From positions 62,001 to 126,000 of IMG/VR virus record IMGVR_UViG_3300027749_002876: 64,000 nucleotides of DNA; one strand, 5' to 3'. Positions 28,141 to 37,548 of this stretch are shown piece by piece. The first letter of the stretch is position 1. Each line of letters begins with the position of its first letter. Made by a program: the position numbers and the translations under genes. The notes below the pieces were generated by a model. That model saw only the letters and a list, made by a program, of their open reading frames with translations. It ran no database searches and was not told the origin of the DNA.

Positions 28141-28907
28141 TGTTATCATTTAATAATGATTTTTTAGGGTATCATCCACTAGCACATAATGTAGATTTTT
28201 CAGGCAATGATAGTGAGGAATTGTACCAAAAAAATTTAAAGATACAATCAAATGACTGGTATTATAGAAATAATAAAGTTTCCTATGTCCGTAATAGTAA
28301 TGGACATAGATGCAAAGACCTAGAAGATATTGACCTAAACAACTACATATTGTTTACGGGGTGTAGTCATACTGAAGGTATCGGGTTAGAATTAGAAAAA
28401 ACTTATCCTTACTTAGTAAGTAAAGAATTAAATTGCGACTATTATAATCTTGCCATTGGTGGTAGTGGTATTGATACATTAAGTTATAATTTAATTACAT
28501 GGTTTTCTACTATAAAGAAAAAACCAAAATTTTTAGTATTACAATGGACTCATCATAATAGATTTATAACAGTCAAAGATAAAAACAAAAATACCTATGA
28601 GGTTTGTGGACCATGGTCAACTGATGATGACAAAAAAAACATGTTAATATACGGTGCCGAAAACGGTTTTTTTGAAACCAAAAGAAATATGACACATACC
28701 TTATTAAAAAATCTTATTGATTGTCCTATAATTGAAATAGCAAATTTAAATGCAAAATTCAATGATGATACAATAATATTAGATCCTATTAAAGAAGATT
28801 ATGCAAGAGATAAACTACATTTTGGAATTCTTTCTAATCTAAAATATGCAAGTATTATAACTGCTAGAATAAAAGATAAATATAATCATGAACTTAACTA
28901 TAACTGA
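28140..28907 (+). CDS. SGNH-like hypothetical protein
   Basis: GCSHTEG, NLA.GGSG, ARD..H.G. Confidence 0.65.
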   Translation: MLSFNNDFLGYHPLAHNVDFSGNDSEELYQKNLKIQSNDWYYRNNKVSYVRNSNGHRCKDLEDIDLNNYILFTGCSHTEGIGLELEKTYPYLVSKELNCDYYNLAIGGSGIDTLSYNLITWFSTIKKKPKFLVLQWTHHNRFITVKDKNKNTYEVCGPWSTDDDKKNMLIYGAENGFFETKRNMTHTLLKNLIDCPIIEIANLNAKFNDDTIILDPIKEDYARDKLHFGILSNLKYASIITARIKDKYNHELNYN

Positions 28908-29220
28908 AAACGCACAGACAAAATTACAAGAAATCCTATCACAAGAAGCACAAGGCTCTAAAACCAAAGTTAGAGTTTTTGTTCAAGGTGGCGGATGCAG
29001 TGGTATGGAGTATGGCTTTACTATGGATGATGAACAAAATGAAGATGACTGGGAAATTCCAGCCGGTTCTCAGAGTGTTTTAGTTGATAGCATGTCTGCA
29101 CAGTACTTGATGAATGCAGAAATTGACTATGTTGATGATTTAAACGGTTCAAGATTTAAAATAAGCAACCCTCAAGCACAAACAACGTGCGGATGCGGTA
29201 GCTCTTTCAACCCATACTGA
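28888..29220 (+). CDS. A-type Fe-S carrier (ErpA/IscA/HesB)
   Basis: GGGCSG..YGF, TCGCGSSF. Confidence 0.95.
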   Translation: MNLTITENAQTKLQEILSQEAQGSKTKVRVFVQGGGCSGMEYGFTMDDEQNEDDWEIPAGSQSVLVDSMSAQYLMNAEIDYVDDLNGSRFKISNPQAQTTCGCGSSFNPY

Positions 29221-29230
29221 CAATATAGCA

Positions 29231-29268
29231 TTTAGTCCTTTTCTGATAAATACAGAATAAGGACTAAA
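29231..29268 (+). promoter_or_regulatory. Late promoter in the loop of an SD-sequestering hairpin
   Basis: TTTAGTCCTTTTCTG-ATAAATA-CAGAA(T)AAGGACTAAA. Confidence 0.8.
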
Positions 29269-29269
29269 A

Positions 29270-30397
29270 ATGACTATAGGAAACTTAGAAGTAATCGATA
29301 TTGGCTTAGCCAACGAGTCTACGGGCAGTGATTCACTTTACTTAGCATTTAACAAAACAAAAAACAACTTTGCAGTATTAGCAAATACCGCCAGTCAGTA
29401 CGTCAATTTTACAGGAAATACTGGTATAGGAGTAAATGCTAACGCCACAACGGGCACAGTTTACATAACAAATACTGGTGTTAACAGTTTAACTGCAGGA
29501 GATAGCAGTATTATTTTAACAGAACCTACCCCGGGTAATATATCAATTGTTGCTTCAGGTGTGGGTAACGGCGGTAGTGGTACAGTAACTAGTGTAGGAG
29601 TTACTTCGTCTACACTGACTATTAGTAATAGCCCTATTGTTAGTTCCGGAAATATTACATTAAATCTAACATCAATAAGTCCCACACTTGCAGGGACATA
29701 TACATACCCAACCGTAACAGTTGATCAATTTGGTAGGGTTACTACAATAGCAAACGCCGCTAGTGTAGGTACTGTAACTAGCGTAGGCATTGCCCCAGGG
29801 GCAGGTATTTCTGTTACAAATAGCCCTATTACTGCATCCGGAGACATTACAGTAATTAATACGGGTGTCACAAGAGTTAGTGCAGGATCAGGAATTCAAG
29901 TAAGTAGTGGTAATGGCAATGTTACTATTTCAACAACCCCGGTGGCGGCTGTTACTTCAGTGTCACTAGCAAGTTCGTCATTAACAGTAACCGGTAGTCC
30001 AATTACAGGATCGGGAACAATCACAGTTGAGTTACCTAGTGCAATAACTATTGCAGGTAATCTAACTGCAGGTAATATTTTATCAAATGGTAGAATGGTA
30101 CTCAATGGTAGTGAAGATTTGGCAGCATCGGCAGCGGCAAATCTATTAGTTACAGCAAGTTATTTCACAACAGTATCCGCTGAGACAGCTACATTGGCAG
30201 CCGGAGTTGACGGTCAAATTAAAACTTTTATGATGGTTGCTGACGGTGGTGATATGGTTATCACTGTCGCTAATGCAGGTTGGAAAAGTTCGGGTACAGG
30301 AACTATAACATTCAATGACATGGGTGATGGTTGCACTCTACAATATATTACAAACAAATGGTTTTGCGTTGGCAACAATGGAGTAACTTTTGCATAA
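29270..30397 (+). CDS. Virion structural/fibre-like protein
   Basis: IDIG.....GSDSL..AF.K.. N-terminus; repeated GTVTSV...SPI..SG.I; TVDQFGRVT. Confidence 0.7.
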   Translation: MTIGNLEVIDIGLANESTGSDSLYLAFNKTKNNFAVLANTASQYVNFTGNTGIGVNANATTGTVYITNTGVNSLTAGDSSIILTEPTPGNISIVASGVGNGGSGTVTSVGVTSSTLTISNSPIVSSGNITLNLTSISPTLAGTYTYPTVTVDQFGRVTTIANAASVGTVTSVGIAPGAGISVTNSPITASGDITVINTGVTRVSAGSGIQVSSGNGNVTISTTPVAAVTSVSLASSSLTVTGSPITGSGTITVELPSAITIAGNLTAGNILSNGRMVLNGSEDLAASAAANLLVTASYFTTVSAETATLAAGVDGQIKTFMMVADGGDMVITVANAGWKSSGTGTITFNDMGDGCTLQYITNKWFCVGNNGVTFA

Positions 30398-30415
30398 AGA
30401 ATTTAGGAAATAGAT

Positions 30416-33400
30416 ATGACAATAACAGTTAAAATTACAGAATTATCAGACATAGGCGCAAACTTAGCAAGTTCTACAGTCGTGCCGGTAGTCAATATGG
30501 CGGGTATACCAATCACACAAAAAACAAATATAGGCAATATTGCTAATATTATATTAGAAGGTGCCGGTGTTGATTATCCAGAAGCTACAGTAGCATTACT
30601 TGCACAAACAGTTAGCAATGCGGCTCAACCAAACATTACAAGTGTTGGTACATTAACTAGTTTAAGTGTCACTGGTAATACTGCATTGGGCGCTGTAGGT
30701 AATGTTAAAATTACCGGTGGTAGTAGTGGACAAATATTATCTACCGACGGCGCGGGTAATTTAAGTTGGACAAACGATACAACAACATACGGTAATAGCA
30801 ATGTTGCAACATTACTAAGTGCATTTGGTTCTAATATAATTAGTACGACAGGTAATATTACCGGTGGCAATTTAGTAACCGGTGGACAAGTCGTAGCAAG
30901 CGGTAACGTATCATCGGGAACTGGACTCAGTACCGGTGGCTTTTTAAGTGTAGATGGCACTGCTGATCTGCATGATACCTCAGTGACTGGTAACTTATCG
31001 GCTACAGGTAATGTCACTGCTAATGCGTTTATCGGTGATGGTAGTCAACTTACCAATATACCATCAGCCGGAACTTCAGGAGAAGTACAAGTAAACTGGC
31101 TGGGTAGTTTTAGTAATCAAGGTGGTACTCCCGGTGATACCTATAGTACACTACAGTTTGACAGCAATGGTATGCCAACATTGAACGGCACTAATGCATA
31201 TCAGCAACGGGTTGATTACTCACCTTATTTACAAGTTCTTGCACCTAGAGTAGAGAGTACTGACTTTGGAATTGTTGCTGGGCCCGCTATTCAAATAACT
31301 GGATATGCAGACAACGTTTTTTATAACACACCCTGTAGTGCTTACTTGTCAGTACAAGATCAGGCCAATGCTACACAGCAATGGGACTTTGGTATCCTGG
31401 GCAATGGCAGCAACAATTTTAGCATACAAGACAGAACTGGCAATCAGGTCTGGAGTTTTGGCACCGACGGCAACATAAACATACCTGGACTGGCATTCAA
31501 CATCAACTATGCCAATAGCGAATCAGCCACACTGAGCCCATCAGTGGGAAACTCAGGCGCAGTACAGTTTAATTGGCAAGGATCGTTAAGCAACCAGGGT
31601 GGTACTCCAGGCGATACCTACAGTACTCTACAGTTTGACAGCAACGGAATGCCCACTCTGGATGGCACCACAGCATATCAACAGCGTATTGACTACTCAC
31701 CCTATCTGCAGGTACTGGCTCCTAGAGTAGAAAGCACAGACTTTGGTATTGTAGCTGGTCCTGGACTAACAGTAGTTGGATATGATGACAACTACAACAT
31801 ACCTCGCAGTGCTTACTTGTCAGTACAAGATCAAGCCAATGCTACACAACAATGGGACTTTGGTATTCTTGGTAACGGTAATAATAATTTTGTTGTTAGT
31901 GATAGAACTAACAGCAATCAATGGACATTTGGTACAGATGGTAACACAACATTTCCCGATGGTACTGTAATACAAGGTGATGGCAGTGGTATATACTACC
32001 CAACAAACGACGGATGGAATTTACATCGCCCTGACAATTTAGTATGGATTGGTTCAGGAACCAATGTTGCCTATATTGATACATATAGTCCTAATGTTAG
32101 TGTTAGAATAAGAACTCTCGGTGATCCAGAAGAGGGCCCAGGATATGATTGGATTTTTGATCCTACTGGTAACTTAACACTACCAACAAATACATTTAGC
32201 ATTAATTATGCTAACGGACAACAAGTTCAGTTAGGTGGTGGCGCCAATTTAGGTAATTTTGTATTCCCTAATCCAACTAGCAACACAAGTACAATAACTG
32301 TTAATGACGGTAGTGATATTGTTATTAATCCAACATACGGTGGTACTAGTCCAGCATACATCAATGTTCCGGGTAATATCAATGGCCCAACTACTGAGCC
32401 ACTACAAATTTATAATGGTTATTTTGCGGGTAATGCTAATGCAGCCGCAGTATCAATAGGTGCTGATGTACTTAAAGGTATTACTATATTTGGTGATGGT
32501 AGTGTTGTAGCATCTAATACTGTAACTGTCCCAGCTAGTGATAGTGGTAGTATCATATTCAGCAGTGACGGTACATCAAATAATGGTAGTCTAAAAGTTG
32601 ATAGTGGTTATAACATGACTGTTAGTGCCAATAGCAACTTCTATGTTAAACAAAATGGTAGTGATAGACTTGGTATAACAAATACTAATACTGATTTGAT
32701 GGCAGCTAGTAATGTTGTTATTCATGCAAACAAAGCAGGCACAGAAAAGAATTGGATATTCAGTAGTGATGGTAATTTAAGCACACCGGGAGAACTTATC
32801 ATATACGGTGGTACTACTATTGATTTCCATCAACAAGTTGGTAATATCACTTGGGGTACAAATTACATGGCATTCAGTCAGTATGGTAGAGTTGAAACCA
32901 ATATTGATTTCTTTGCTAATGCTAATACTATCGGCGCACAATACCTTAAAGGTGATGGTAGTAACATCAGCAATATCAATGCTAGTAATATCACCAATGC
33001 ATATAACGATTCAAATGTAATTAGTTTATTGAGTGATTTAGGTGGTAATGGAATTGGTAATGTAGGTAATATAGATATATCAGGCAACATCAATTTTACT
33101 AACAACTCAGCAGTACAACAAAGTTCAATTGTAGTAAACCCATTCCGTACAATAGAGACTGTAACATTATCTGCAAATTCACAGAACAATGCTACTTTAC
33201 TAACACTAGAAGATACTGGCAATGCAAATTTAAGAGCATGGCAAGATATCAATCTTAATACATATACACAAACAACCAACAACAATTTTAAATTTGATGC
33301 TAGCGGTAACTTAACTATTCCTGGCAATATCAGTGGTAGTGGTGCTAACGGGTTAATGATAAGTTCAAACGGTAATGTAACTCTTAATAGCAAAGGTGCT

Positions 33401-34039
33401 CAGTTTATATTTGATGCCCCGGCAGGTAATTTCTATCTTCCTAACCCAGGTGGTGCAATTGTTTTTGCTGATAGTTCAGTGCAAAATACAGCATACACCG
33501 GTAGTATTGCTGGTGCAAATGTAACTGGTCAAGTAGGTAATGCCTTAGTAGCAGGTACTGTATATACTAATGCACAACCAAACATCACAAGTGTTGGCAC
33601 ACTATCAAGCCTATCAGTTACTGGTAATGTCTCAGCTAACAACTTTACTGGTAACGGTAGCCAACTTACTGGCATTCCCACACAAACAACAGGTAATTGG
33701 GAACTTGTACCCGGAGTTAACACAGTGAATATTAGCGTACCTATAAACGGCACGTACTCTATATGGGTTAAAGGGAATATTCCAAATGGTATTGTTACAT
33801 ATACTGCTACCGCGGTTGTGACTAATACCAATGTACCGGTACTAGGTACTAGTTATGGTTGGTATTATGCAGCCGGCAATGCATTAGTACTTACATCGAT
33901 ACCTACACAATTTGTTGGCACATTAAACAATATCAGTAATGCTGTAGTTGCAACTACAACTGCCAATGTGTTTACATTTGGTATTACTAACAATAGCGGT
34001 GCCAACGCAGTTGTAAATTGGGGTTACACTAAATTATAA
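30416..34039 (+). CDS. Tail fibre/adhesin-like protein
   Basis: 1207 aa, Gly/Asn/Thr-rich; AQPNITSVGTL and W.FG.DGN repeats; internal duplication. Confidence 0.75.
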   Translation: MTITVKITELSDIGANLASSTVVPVVNMAGIPITQKTNIGNIANIILEGAGVDYPEATVALLAQTVSNAAQPNITSVGTLTSLSVTGNTALGAVGNVKITGGSSGQILSTDGAGNLSWTNDTTTYGNSNVATLLSAFGSNIISTTGNITGGNLVTGGQVVASGNVSSGTGLSTGGFLSVDGTADLHDTSVTGNLSATGNVTANAFIGDGSQLTNIPSAGTSGEVQVNWLGSFSNQGGTPGDTYSTLQFDSNGMPTLNGTNAYQQRVDYSPYLQVLAPRVESTDFGIVAGPAIQITGYADNVFYNTPCSAYLSVQDQANATQQWDFGILGNGSNNFSIQDRTGNQVWSFGTDGNINIPGLAFNINYANSESATLSPSVGNSGAVQFNWQGSLSNQGGTPGDTYSTLQFDSNGMPTLDGTTAYQQRIDYSPYLQVLAPRVESTDFGIVAGPGLTVVGYDDNYNIPRSAYLSVQDQANATQQWDFGILGNGNNNFVVSDRTNSNQWTFGTDGNTTFPDGTVIQGDGSGIYYPTNDGWNLHRPDNLVWIGSGTNVAYIDTYSPNVSVRIRTLGDPEEGPGYDWIFDPTGNLTLPTNTFSINYANGQQVQLGGGANLGNFVFPNPTSNTSTITVNDGSDIVINPTYGGTSPAYINVPGNINGPTTEPLQIYNGYFAGNANAAAVSIGADVLKGITIFGDGSVVASNTVTVPASDSGSIIFSSDGTSNNGSLKVDSGYNMTVSANSNFYVKQNGSDRLGITNTNTDLMAASNVVIHANKAGTEKNWIFSSDGNLSTPGELIIYGGTTIDFHQQVGNITWGTNYMAFSQYGRVETNIDFFANANTIGAQYLKGDGSNISNINASNITNAYNDSNVISLLSDLGGNGIGNVGNIDISGNINFTNNSAVQQSSIVVNPFRTIETVTLSANSQNNATLLTLEDTGNANLRAWQDINLNTYTQTTNNNFKFDASGNLTIPGNISGSGANGLMISSNGNVTLNSKGAQFIFDAPAGNFYLPNPGGAIVFADSSVQNTAYTGSIAGANVTGQVGNALVAGTVYTNAQPNITSVGTLSSLSVTGNVSANNFTGNGSQLTGIPTQTTGNWELVPGVNTVNISVPINGTYSIWVKGNIPNGIVTYTATAVVTNTNVPVLGTSYGWYYAAGNALVLTSIPTQFVGTLNNISNAVVATTTANVFTFGITNNSGANAVVNWGYTKL

Positions 34040-34053
34040 ATAAAGGATGACTA

Positions 34054-34899
34054 ATGGCATTGAAACAAGATCCACGAACAATAATAGATACAAGTCAGGA
34101 TCATACCTTCAACCCACCTGTCACCAAAAAAGTAATATCTAGGACACTTGACGACAAATTTAATTTAGTGTGGAAGGCTGATAAACTAGATACTAGAGAT
34201 TACAGATATCAATTAACACAAAAAATTAATCCTGATATAGTTGACCTAAGAAGTTATTGTAGTCCAATTGAAAATCAAGGTAATCTAGGTAGCTGTACCG
34301 GACAATCTATTGCCGGTGCAATAGAACTACTAAACAAACGCAATGGTAAACCAACTGATGTTAGTAGATTGTTTATATACTATTATGAACGAGTATTGCT
34401 AGGAACAGTTAACTATGATAGTGGTGCATACATTCGTGATGGCATTAAAGCAACTAATAAGTATGGGGTAAGTTTAGAATCATACTGGCCATATGATATT
34501 AGAAAATTTAAACAAGAACCAATCAATGAAGCAAAGAGTGACGCATTAAATCGTAAGGTAACACGATACGAAAGAGTGGAAGACTTTAATGGATGTATTG
34601 ACGCATTAAGTAATGGTTATTCAGTTATCATAGGCTTCAGTGTGTATGATAGCTTTATGTCAATGAATGTTGCCAAGACCGGTATGATGCCTTATCCAAA
34701 CACAAAGCGTGAAAAACTATTAGGTGGACATGCAGTGTTACTTGTTGGATACGACAAAAACAAAAAAGTATTCATTGCAAGAAACAGTTGGGGAACAGGT
34801 TGGGGCGACAGAGGTTACTTCTATATGCCGTTTCAAGTTATTCAGAATACAAATATGAGTAGCGACTTCTGGATTATAAAGTCAGTTTCAAACCCATAA
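34054..34899 (+). CDS. Papain-like C1 cysteine peptidase
   Basis: NQG.LGSCT, GGHAVLLVGY, RNSWG..WG..GYF. Confidence 0.92.
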   Translation: MALKQDPRTIIDTSQDHTFNPPVTKKVISRTLDDKFNLVWKADKLDTRDYRYQLTQKINPDIVDLRSYCSPIENQGNLGSCTGQSIAGAIELLNKRNGKPTDVSRLFIYYYERVLLGTVNYDSGAYIRDGIKATNKYGVSLESYWPYDIRKFKQEPINEAKSDALNRKVTRYERVEDFNGCIDALSNGYSVIIGFSVYDSFMSMNVAKTGMMPYPNTKREKLLGGHAVLLVGYDKNKKVFIARNSWGTGWGDRGYFYMPFQVIQNTNMSSDFWIIKSVSNP

Positions 34900-34922
34900 A
34901 AAAGCCCCTTAAGGGGCTTTTT
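34897..34922. terminator. Bidirectional terminator where the + and - gene blocks converge
   Basis: AAAAAAGCCCC-TTAA-GGGGCTTTTT. Confidence 0.9.
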
Positions 34923-35134
34923 TATTTCATCTTCTCTAGCATGTAAGTTGTGAATTTGTTTTCACACATTGCCGGAATCTCAACGAACGGATCCTCTAGA
35001 AAGAATGGACAACCTGTTTTCCATTTACCATTCTTTTTAAAGAATTGTAATTCTAACAAATCTTTTTTATCTGCTGGATTGAATTCTCTACGAGGATTAA
35101 ATGATCGGCGAAAGGTAGATAGATTCATGTTCAT
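34922..35134 (-). CDS. Hypothetical protein
   Basis: FNP....DL...F.....W..GCPF.LE.P. Confidence 0.65.
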   Translation of the reverse strand: MNMNLSTFRRSFNPRREFNPADKKDLLELQFFKKNGKWKTGCPFFLEDPFVEIPAMCENKFTTYMLEKMK

Positions 35135-35159
35135 AGTAAGAGGGCCTAAGCCCTATTAA

Positions 35160-35537
35160 TTATTCAGCAATAGCAGACAATACATCTTCTGCGGACACTT
35201 CTTTGCTTTTTTTGCCACGTGCTTTGATAGCATCAAGACTAGGCTTAGATGCTTTAACTTTAACTGTGCCTTTGTTTGCTTCTTTTGTCTTATCCTCAAG
35301 GGTATCAGCAATAGTTGCTTGGTCACTTGCACTAGCGAACTCAGGAAGTGTAGCGAGATATTTCAATGCATCAACCTTAGTCATCTCACTGGGCAACTCA
35401 ACAAATTCTACACGCGAAGCTCCACCCTTAGTGAATTGCTTGATACGGCGAACCATGTCATCTGTGAAACGAACCTTAGCATTACCATTGTGAATAGTGA
35501 TACCGGCGACTTTGAAAGTTTGATTAGAATTAGCCAT
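35160..35537 (-). CDS. Hypothetical protein
   Basis: AAGGA SD; promoter at 35602-35630. Confidence 0.75.
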   Translation of the reverse strand: MANSNQTFKVAGITIHNGNAKVRFTDDMVRRIKQFTKGGASRVEFVELPSEMTKVDALKYLATLPEFASASDQATIADTLEDKTKEANKGTVKVKASKPSLDAIKARGKKSKEVSAEDVLSAIAE

Positions 35538-35652
35538 TGTGTTTCCTTTAAATAAAAGCTAAGTTTAAAAAATGTGCCGCTAAATTCACAGCACTGTTAT
35601 AATGATAACACAGATTGGCATTATTGTCAATCATTGTGTTACCCATTATTCG

Positions 35653-36090
35653 TTAAACGGTAACTGCTTCCCATGAACCTGTCAGTTCATAGGGCTTGTC
35701 CCATTTGCCAATATTAACGTCTACATAGTAGGCGGTGTTAAAATAATCTGTCATTGCGTCAGATTCATCATACCAATCCGCAGCCTTAAGAGCCTTGAAT
35801 GCTTCGGTCATGAATTCCTTAGCAACGCCATCATAATGATCCTGAAACCAATATGGGTTAACTTGATCGTAGCCATTAGTGTTAGGCTTGAAGCCGCGAG
35901 CCACTTGATAAAAGTCATTGCCGCAAACACGATTGCTATTGCCAATAAAGTCAATAGTGCCAGATTTGAGTGTCAACACGATGGACATGTGATTACGGAC
36001 ACTCAGTGAACCTTTGACCTTGTACTTAGCCAATATTGGCTTTAGTGCTTGGGCAATTTTTTGTTTGCGTTCTTGATTCATGTAAGCCAT
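35653..36090 (-). CDS. Conserved early phage protein
   Basis: SDAMTDYF..AYY....IG.WDKPY. Confidence 0.8.
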   Translation of the reverse strand: MAYMNQERKQKIAQALKPILAKYKVKGSLSVRNHMSIVLTLKSGTIDFIGNSNRVCGNDFYQVARGFKPNTNGYDQVNPYWFQDHYDGVAKEFMTEAFKALKAADWYDESDAMTDYFNTAYYVDVNIGKWDKPYELTGSWEAVTV

Positions 36091-36096
36091 TTTGTT

Positions 36097-36151
36097 TCCT
36101 TTTCTTTACTGTCTAAGATTCTATTATAGCACCAAACCGATTTATTGTCAA
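36097..36151 (-). promoter_or_regulatory. Early promoter cassette
   Basis: Reverse complement TTGACAATAAAT...TATAATAGAATCTTAGACAGTAAAGAAAAGGA. Confidence 0.9.
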
Positions 36152-36156
36152 CCTTT

Positions 36157-36330
36157 TTACGAATTGACTGTCCTAAAAGGGCTCAATTCCTCAGCATCAG
36201 AATGAATACTTTCTACTACATCATAGACAAAGAACACCGGAACATCAAGGACCGCGGAGATAGTTGCCGGATGTGTGCCTTTTTCAAGCATGTCCTCAAT
36301 CTCCATATATAAGTCTGCCATTTTACTCAT
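36157..36330 (-). CDS. Hypothetical protein, 57 aa (MSKMADLYMEIEDML...), not in the ORF track
   Basis: Coupled to the upstream ORF. Confidence 0.65.
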   Translation of the reverse strand: MSKMADLYMEIEDMLEKGTHPATISAVLDVPVFFVYDVVESIHSDAEELSPFRTVNS

Positions 36331-36542
36331 TTTGTATTACTCACATTAGATTTAAACAAAAAACCACACAATACTGTCAAGCCCCAGGCTTGGAGCCAAG
36401 TAACCTGAGAGACACCTTGAACAGCGCCAACCAAACAACCATTCCATAGCATGTAGACAGGCCAACTCAATAGAAAACTGAGGGCTAGAATACCTACAAT
36501 ACTAACAACGATTGTACCAATAGCAAGAGAGATTGCTTTCAT
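36327..36542 (-). CDS. Small membrane protein
   Basis: AAGGA SD; LWN......I.WLQA.GL. Confidence 0.7.
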   Translation of the reverse strand: MKAISLAIGTIVVSIVGILALSFLLSWPVYMLWNGCLVGAVQGVSQVTWLQAWGLTVLCGFLFKSNVSNTK

Positions 36543-36552
36543 AATTGTTCCT

Positions 36553-36768
36553 TTAACTAATAGCATGTTCAACCGGAACCGAAGTGACCTCATGCCAAAA
36601 CTGATCCCAGTAAGTGTTACTGACATTTTCAAAACGAATAAACATAGATTTTTCTGCCATGTTAACTGAAGTTCCCTTCAGCAATTCCCTTAACAATTGA
36701 CGCCTGCATTTACTTACAGTGGGTTCCCAATTGTCTCTGTTCGGACGAACATAGAAATATTGTGCCAT
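36553..36768 (-). CDS. Hypothetical protein
   Basis: AAGGA SD. Confidence 0.6.
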   Translation of the reverse strand: MAQYFYVRPNRDNWEPTVSKCRRQLLRELLKGTSVNMAEKSMFIRFENVSNTYWDQFWHEVTSVPVEHAIS

Positions 36769-36778
36769 TTTAAATTCC

Positions 36779-37066
36779 TTAAATAACAGTTAACATACTA
36801 GCAGGGACGCGCCAGTTTGTAGCAATGAATCCGGGGTTGTTCTCACGTACAATTACGAACTTACGATTTACCTTTTCAACATTACCAATCACAGTCACAC
36901 CTGAGCGTGAATTAGTGAATTTTACTTTGGAACCTTTACCCATGGCCATTTTGTTTTGGGCCGCAAGTTGTGCTCGGGCAAATTTAATCGCATCACCAAT
37001 ACTATTCAATTCTTCACTAGTGAAACGACCGTGAATGATAGCAGTATTAACTTCTTTGATGTTCAT
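36779..37066 (-). CDS. SH3-like hypothetical protein
   Basis: G.KVKF...G.VEKVNRK...WRVPASML; promoter at 37096-37124. Confidence 0.7.
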   Translation of the reverse strand: MNIKEVNTAIIHGRFTSEELNSIGDAIKFARAQLAAQNKMAMGKGSKVKFTNSRSGVTVIGNVEKVNRKFVIVRENNPGFIATNWRVPASMLTVI

Positions 37067-37128
37067 GTGAACTCCTTTTGATTGAATAAGACTCTATTAT
37101 AGACCCAAACTGATTTATTGTCAACCTT

Positions 37129-37302
37129 TTAGTAGGTTTCTTTAATGATTTGGAATTTATCTTCTGGATACTTTTCCACAAACTCCGGTGTTTTGATGTA
37201 GTCATTCAATTCTTTTGCATTGAAAAACATTTTGGTGAAAACACTGGTATGTGATCCTTTTGGACAAACCGTGAGATACATTGATTTTGCTTTACCTGCC
37301 AT
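37129..37302 (-). CDS. Hypothetical protein, 57 aa (MAGKAKSMYLTV...), not in the ORF track
   Basis: Promoter at 37336-37364 and AAGGA SD. Confidence 0.7.
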   Translation of the reverse strand: MAGKAKSMYLTVCPKGSHTSVFTKMFFNAKELNDYIKTPEFVEKYPEDKFQIIKETY

Positions 37303-37360
37303 TTTGTAGTCCTTTAGTTAACTGTCTAAGATTGTATTATATACCCAAATTAATTTATTG

Positions 37361-37516
37361 TCAAATTTCGGTGCGATTTGGATGTTTAGATTTACGTTGA
37401 TAGCCCGTTTTGGGCTTAGCAACCTTAGGTTTAAACGGGGTGTTCTCACAGAAAAGAACACGGTGAGCCCTGTGTTTGGGTTCTTTAACAGTGAAGGATA
37501 GTATTTCTCTTTTCAT
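37361..37516 (-). CDS. Small basic protein, probably leaderless
   Basis: PFKPKV..K..YQRK.KH; ATG 7 nt after TATAAT. Confidence 0.6.
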   Translation of the reverse strand: MKREILSFTVKEPKHRAHRVLFCENTPFKPKVAKPKTGYQRKSKHPNRTEI

Positions 37517-37548
37517 AACCCATATTATAGCATGAGTCTTATTTATTG

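Noticed and set aside
31069-31950. Diversity-generating retroelement template/variable repeat pair
   Set aside because: Differences are mostly synonymous and not adenine-specific; no reverse transcriptase in the window
964-33831. Long antisense ORFs (964-1488, 6980-7786, 22784-23119, 30625-31017, 32878-33393 and similar)
   Set aside because: Antisense shadows of well-supported genes, caused by codon bias
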